Positions 26,892-31,561 of a DNA stretch of 31,561 nucleotides are shown here, in pieces. A model generated the notes under the pieces. That model worked only from the letters and a program-made list of their open reading frames with translations. It made no database searches and was not told the origin of the DNA. How positions within the stretch are numbered: position 1 is the first letter of the stretch; each line of letters begins with the position of its first letter. The translations under genes and the position numbers were made by a program. Source of the stretch: a virus (Duplodnaviria > Heunggongvirae > Uroviricota > Caudoviricetes); IMG/VR virus record IMGVR_UViG_2534681698_000021; one strand, 5' to 3'.

Positions 26892-26916
26892 GGCGGCGGT
26901 AAGATAATTACCGCCG
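26892..26916 (+). terminator. Inverted repeat / putative hairpin downstream of xanP
   Basis: 10-bp perfect stem GCGGCGGTAA / TTACCGCCGC with a 5-nt loop, 7 nt after the xanP stop; no clear U-tract. Confidence 0.35.
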
Positions 26917-27005
26917 CAGTCTCACCTCTTTAACCATTCCCGCCTTGAGGATTGCGCGTAAATCGTGCATAACTCCCTTATGTGCATTTCACGGGATGGA
27001 AGACC

Positions 27006-28715
27006 ATGAAATTTATTGGGAAGCTGCTTCTCTACATTCTCATCGCTCTGTTAGTGGCGATCGCTGGCCTCTATTTTCTTCTGCAAACCCGCTGGGGAGC
27101 AGAACATATCAGCGCATGGGTTTCCGAGAATAGCGACTATCATCTGGCCTTCGGGGCGATGGATCACCGTTTTTCCGCGCCATCTCATATCGTGCTGGAG
27201 AACGTCACGTTTGGTCGTGATGGCCAGCCCGCGACCCTGGTGGCCAAAAGTGTCGACATTGCGCTAAGCAGTCGGCAACTGACCGAACCACGCCATGTCG
27301 ATACCATCCTGCTGGAAAACGGGACGCTGAATCTCACCGACCAGACCGCGCCGCTACCGTTCAAAGCCGATCGTCTGCAACTGCGTGATATGGCGTTTAA
27401 TAGCCCGAATAGCGAATGGAAACTGAGCGCGCAGCGGGTAAATGGCGGCGTAGTTCCGTGGTCACCAAAAGCCGGTAAAGTGCTGGGTACGAAGGCGCAG
27501 ATTCAGTTTAGTGCCGGATCGCTTTCGCTCAATGATGTTCCTGCCACCAATGTACTGATTGAAGGCAGTATTGATAACGATCGCGTTACGCTGACTAACC
27601 TGGGTGCCGACATCGCCCGCGGGACATTAACCGGAAACGCGCAGCGTAACGCCGACGGCAGCTGGCAAGTGGAAAACCTGCGCATGGCGGATATACGTCT
27701 ACAAAGCGAAAAATCGCTAACCGACTTCTTTGCGCCATTACGCTCTGTCCCGTCGTTGCAGATTGGTCGCCTGGAAGTGATCGATGCTCGTTTGCAAGGT
27801 CCGGACTGGGCGGTGACCGACCTCGATCTCAGCTTGCGCAACATGACCTTCAGTAAAGATGACTGGCAGACACAGGAAGGCAAACTGTCGATGAACGCTA
27901 GCGAGTTCATTTATGGTTCGCTGCATTTATTTGACCCGATTATAAACACGGAATTTTCCCCGCAGGGCGTAGCGCTGCGCCAGTTCACCAGCCGCTGGGA
28001 AGGGAGTATGGTCAGAACGTCAGGGAACTGGCTGCGTGACGGGAAAACGTTGATCCTTGATGATGCGGCAATTGCCGGGCTGGAATATACCTTGCCGAAA
28101 AACTGGCAACAGTTGTGGATGGAAACGACACCCGGTTGGTTAAACAGCCTGCAACTGAAGAGATTTAGCGCCAGCCGCAATCTGATCATTGATATCGACC
28201 CTGACTTCCCGTGGCAGCTCACCGCGCTCGATGGTTACGGTGCCAACCTGACGCTGGTTACCGATCATAAATGGGGCGTCTGGAGTGGCTCGGCGAATCT
28301 GAATGCCGCCGCCGCGACATTCAATCGTGTTGATGTTCGTCGCCCGTCGCTGGCGCTGATCGCCAACAGCAGCACGGTGAATATCAGCGAACTGAGTGCA
28401 TTTACTGAAAAAGGCATTCTGGAAGCCACCGCCAGTGTTTCACAAACGCCACAACGTCAGACACATATCAGCCTGAATGGACGCGGTGTGCCGGTGAATA
28501 TTTTGCAACAGTGGGGATGGCCTAAATTACCGTTGACTGGCGACGGCAATATTCAGCTTACCGCCAGTGGCGATATTCAGGCCAATGTCCCGTTGAAACC
28601 TACGGTTAGCGGGCAATTGCATGCCGTGAACGCCGCAAAGCAGCAAGTGACTCAAACCATGAATGCTGGCATCGTTTCCAGCGGTGAAGTTACATCGACG
28701 GAGCCGGTGCGGTAA
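27006..28715 (+). CDS. yicH: AsmA-family protein
   Basis: ORF 26982-28715; recognised N-terminus MKFIGKLLLYILIALLVAIAGLYFLL (N-terminal membrane anchor) at ATG 27006 (569 aa). Confidence 0.88.
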   Translation: MKFIGKLLLYILIALLVAIAGLYFLLQTRWGAEHISAWVSENSDYHLAFGAMDHRFSAPSHIVLENVTFGRDGQPATLVAKSVDIALSSRQLTEPRHVDTILLENGTLNLTDQTAPLPFKADRLQLRDMAFNSPNSEWKLSAQRVNGGVVPWSPKAGKVLGTKAQIQFSAGSLSLNDVPATNVLIEGSIDNDRVTLTNLGADIARGTLTGNAQRNADGSWQVENLRMADIRLQSEKSLTDFFAPLRSVPSLQIGRLEVIDARLQGPDWAVTDLDLSLRNMTFSKDDWQTQEGKLSMNASEFIYGSLHLFDPIINTEFSPQGVALRQFTSRWEGSMVRTSGNWLRDGKTLILDDAAIAGLEYTLPKNWQQLWMETTPGWLNSLQLKRFSASRNLIIDIDPDFPWQLTALDGYGANLTLVTDHKWGVWSGSANLNAAAATFNRVDVRRPSLALIANSSTVNISELSAFTEKGILEATASVSQTPQRQTHISLNGRGVPVNILQQWGWPKLPLTGDGNIQLTASGDIQANVPLKPTVSGQLHAVNAAKQQVTQTMNAGIVSSGEVTSTEPVR

Positions 28716-28726
28716 ACATCAATCTC

Positions 28727-28753
28727 GCCGGGTACGACTCAGACGTACCCGGC
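28727..28753. terminator. Hairpin between convergent yicH and yicI (putative bidirectional terminator)
   Basis: 10-bp perfect stem GCCGGGTACG / CGTACCCGGC with a 7-nt loop; no strong U-tract on either side. Confidence 0.4.
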
Positions 28754-28767
28754 ATTCCATCAATAGA

Positions 28768-30147
28768 TTACAACGTAATTGTCAGCGCATTCCCTTGAGG
28801 CTTCACCACCAGCCCCTGCTCACTTTCAGCCTGCGAACCGTCTTGCAGACCATTTACTTTCACAACATTGCGCAGGCACAGTGTCCAGTTCTTCGCCTCG
28901 CCCGCACCAGTCACAGTAATCGTGTTGCCAGTACGTGCTGCTTTTAAAGTAAAGATCACCGATCCGTCAGCAGCGGGCACTTCACAGACGGCTTCATGCC
29001 CGTCTTGCAGATTAAAGAGGTGGAATGCCGTGCCTTCGTGCCACACGTAATCGGGACGTTGATCGTTGTTGCCCAGCGCCAGTAGAGTGTTATCACGCAC
29101 ATAAACGGGCAGACTCAGGAAGCCGTGCTGCTGTTTATGCCAGCGACTACCGTCGAGTTCATCGTTGTGCCACAGGTGTGTCCAGCGACCTTCCGGCAGG
29201 TAGAACTGCACATCGCCCGCTTCAGTGAACACCGGCGCAACCATCACGTTGTCGCCTAACATGTATTGACGGTCAAGGTAATCACAAGCCGGATCGTCCG
29301 GGAACTCCATCATCATGGCCCGCATCATCGGCGTACCCCGCGCGTTCGCACGCGCAGCTTCACGATACAGATACGGCATCATGCGGCATTTCAGTTGCGT
29401 GAAGAAGCGCACCACATCACAGGACTCATCATCGTAGGCCCACGGCACACGATAAGATTTGCTACCGTGCAAACGGCTATGGCTGGAGAGCAAACCAAAC
29501 GCGCACCAGCGTTTGTAAACGTGCGCCGGAGCGGTATTTTCAAAGCCGCCGATATCGTGGCTCCAGAAGCCAAAACCTGAAAGGCCAATAGACAAACCAC
29601 CGCGCAGGCTTTCCGCCATTGATTCGTAGTTAGCGTAACAATCGCCACCCCAGTGTACCGGGAATTTCTGCGCACCGACGGAGGCCGAGCGGGCAAACAA
29701 GACAGCTTCTTCCTCACCAACGGTGTCCTTGAGCACGTTCCACACCAGTTCGTTGTAGATGTACGCATAATGGTTATGCATTTTCTGCGGATCGGAACCG
29801 TCAAACCACTGAACATCAGTTGGGATACGTTCGCCAAAGTCGGTCTTAAAGCAATCAACGCCCATCGCGACCAGACCTTTCAGTTTGTCGGCGTACCATT
29901 TGCAGGCATCCGGATTGGTAAAGTCATAAATCGCCAGACCTGGCTGCCATTTATCCCACTGCCATAGCGAACCGTCCGGGCGTTTGAGTAAATAGCCTTT
30001 CTCTTGTAACTCTTTAAAGACGGGGGATTTTTGACCGATATAGGGGTTAATCCAGACGCAGATTTTCAGCCCTTTCGCTTTCAGGCGGCGGATCATCCCT
30101 TCCGGGTCAGGGAAAGTCAGCGGGTCCCACTCAAAATCGCACCACTG
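28768..30147 (-). pseudogene. yicI: Alpha-xylosidase YicI (GH31), 3' portion only; gene interrupted by IS150
   Basis: Minus-strand frame is open from the stop at 28768 to 30147 and encodes ...QWCDFEWDPLTFPDPEGMIRRLKAKGLKICVWINPYIG..., which matches internal YicI sequence. The reading frame is broken at 30147/30148, where the IS150 terminal sequence begins. The ORF-track start at 30096 is an internal Met. Confidence 0.85.
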
Positions 30148-30194
30148 TGTACTGCACCCATTTTGTTGGACGATGAAATGGAATAGCCCCTAAT

Positions 30195-30716
30195 ATGTCA
30201 AAGCCAAAATACCCTTTTGAAAAGCGCCTTGAAGTCGTGAATCACTACTTCACAACTGATGATGGTTACAGGATCATCTCGGCACGTTTTGGTGTCCCCC
30301 GAACCCAGGTCAGGACATGGGTTGCCCTCTATGAAAAACATGGAGAAAAAGGTTTAATTCCCAAACCTAAAGGCGTTAGTGCTGATCCAGAGTTGCGTAT
30401 TAAGGTCGTGAAAGCTGTGATCGAGCAGCACATGTCCCTTAATCAGGCTGCTGCTCACTTTATGCTTGCTGGTAGTGGTTCTGTAGCCAGGTGGCTGAAG
30501 GTCTATGAAGAGCGCGGAGAAGCTGGTTTACGCGCGCTCAAGATTGGCACCAAAAGAAACATTGCAATATCAGTTGATCCAGAAAAAGCGGCATCAGCAT
30601 TGGAGCTGTCAAAAGACCGACGCATTGAGGATCTTGAAAGGCAAGTTCGATTTCTTGAAACGCGGCTTATGTATCTAAAAAAGCTGAAAGCCTTAGCTCA
30701 TCCCACGAAAAAGTGA
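30195..30716 (+). CDS. insJ: IS150 OrfA (InsJ), helix-turn-helix DNA-binding protein
   Basis: 173-aa ORF MSKPKYPFEKRLEVVNHYFTTDDGYRIISARFGVPRTQVRTW..., recognised as IS150 InsJ. Confidence 0.92.
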   Translation: MSKPKYPFEKRLEVVNHYFTTDDGYRIISARFGVPRTQVRTWVALYEKHGEKGLIPKPKGVSADPELRIKVVKAVIEQHMSLNQAAAHFMLAGSGSVARWLKVYEERGEAGLRALKIGTKRNIAISVDPEKAASALELSKDRRIEDLERQVRFLETRLMYLKKLKALAHPTKK

Positions 30717-30736
30717 AAGTACTCAACGAGCTAAGG
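30677..30736 (+). promoter_or_regulatory. Programmed -1 ribosomal frameshift signal of IS150 (slippery heptamer A AAA AAG plus stem-loop)
   Basis: AAAAAAG at 30677-30683 in the insJ frame (CTA AAA AAG), a 6-nt spacer, then a perfect 10-bp inverted repeat GCCTTAGCTC (30690-30699) / GAGCTAAGGC (30727-30736). The insK frame is -1 relative to insJ. Confidence 0.8.
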
Positions 30737-31561
30737 CAGTTTTATCCTCTTGATGAGCTTCTCAGGGCTGCGGAGATACCGCGCAGTACGTTTTATTATC
30801 ATCTAAAGGCTCTCAGCAAGCCTGACAAGTATGCGGACGTTAAAAAGCGTATTAGTGAGATTTATCACGAGAATAGAGGCCGATACGGATACCGTAGGGT
30901 AACGCTGTCTCTTCATCGAGAAGGGAAACAGATTAACCATAAAGCTGTTCAGCGCCTGATGGGAACCCTCTCACTTAAAGCAGCGATTAAGGTCAAGCGA
31001 TACCGCTCTTACAGAGGAGAGGTAGGGCAAACCGCCCCTAATGTTCTCCAAAGAGATTTCAAGGCTACGCGGCCAAACGAGAAGTGGGTTACCGATGTTA
31101 CTGAATTTGCAGTCAATGGGCGCAAGCTGTATTTGTCTCCAGTAATAGATCTCTTCAACAACGAAGTTATTTCTTACAGCCTTTCGGAAAGACCAGTGAT
31201 GAACATGGTTGAGAATATGCTCGATCAGGCATTCAAAAAGCTTAATCCTCACGAGCATCCTGTTCTGCACTCTGACCAGGGATGGCAGTATCGTATGAGA
31301 AGATATCAAAATATCCTTAAAGAACATGGTATTAAACAAAGCATGTCCAGAAAAGGCAATTGTCTGGATAATGCTGTGGTGGAGTGTTTCTTTGGAACCT
31401 TAAAGTCGGAGTGTTTTTATCTTGATGAGTTCAGTAATATAAGCGAACTGAAGGATGCTGTTACGGAATATATTGAATACTACAACAGCAGAAGAATTAG
31501 CCTGAAATTAAAAGGTCTGACTCCAATTGAATATCGGAATCAGACCTATATGCCTCGTGTT
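30713..31561 (+). CDS. insK: IS150 OrfB (InsK), DDE transposase catalytic domain; 3' end beyond the window
   Basis: Frame -1 relative to insJ, open from 30689 to the window end; translation from GTG 30713 gives [34 protein letters not shown]...[14 protein letters not shown]. Missing from the ORF track because it is open at the window edge. Confidence 0.88.

Larger units (their letters stand above)
30148..31561 (+). mobile_element. IS150 (IS3 family), left end and most of the element; right end beyond the window
   Basis: Begins TGTACTGCACCCATTTTGTTGGACGATGAAATGG, recognised as the IS150 terminal inverted repeat; followed by insJ, the frameshift signal and insK, with insK still open at the last base of the window. 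Confidence 0.9.

Overview
This window reads as an Escherichia coli chromosomal segment, not K-12 and possibly B-lineage, running from the LPS core (waa) locus through the gmk-rpoZ-spoT-trmH-recG operon to yicI. Gene order and protein N-termini were recognised from the six-frame translations; several start codons were moved from the ORF-track start to the recognised N-terminus. No rRNA, tRNA or CRISPR array was seen. Three things stand out. (1) An uncharacterised 288-aa, Trp-rich ORF sits between recG and gltS, starting 2 nt after the gltS stop and overlapping the recG 3' end by 16 nt; as far as I recall K-12 has only a short spacer here. This is the best candidate for something undescribed, but I could not assign it a function. 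(2) An IS150 copy (insJ/insK with an intact -1 frameshift signal) interrupts the alpha-xylosidase gene yicI and runs off the window end. (3) The waa locus has a GT8 glycosyltransferase directly after waaP, and rph is intact, both unlike K-12. All homology statements are from memory and reading the sequence; no searches were run.
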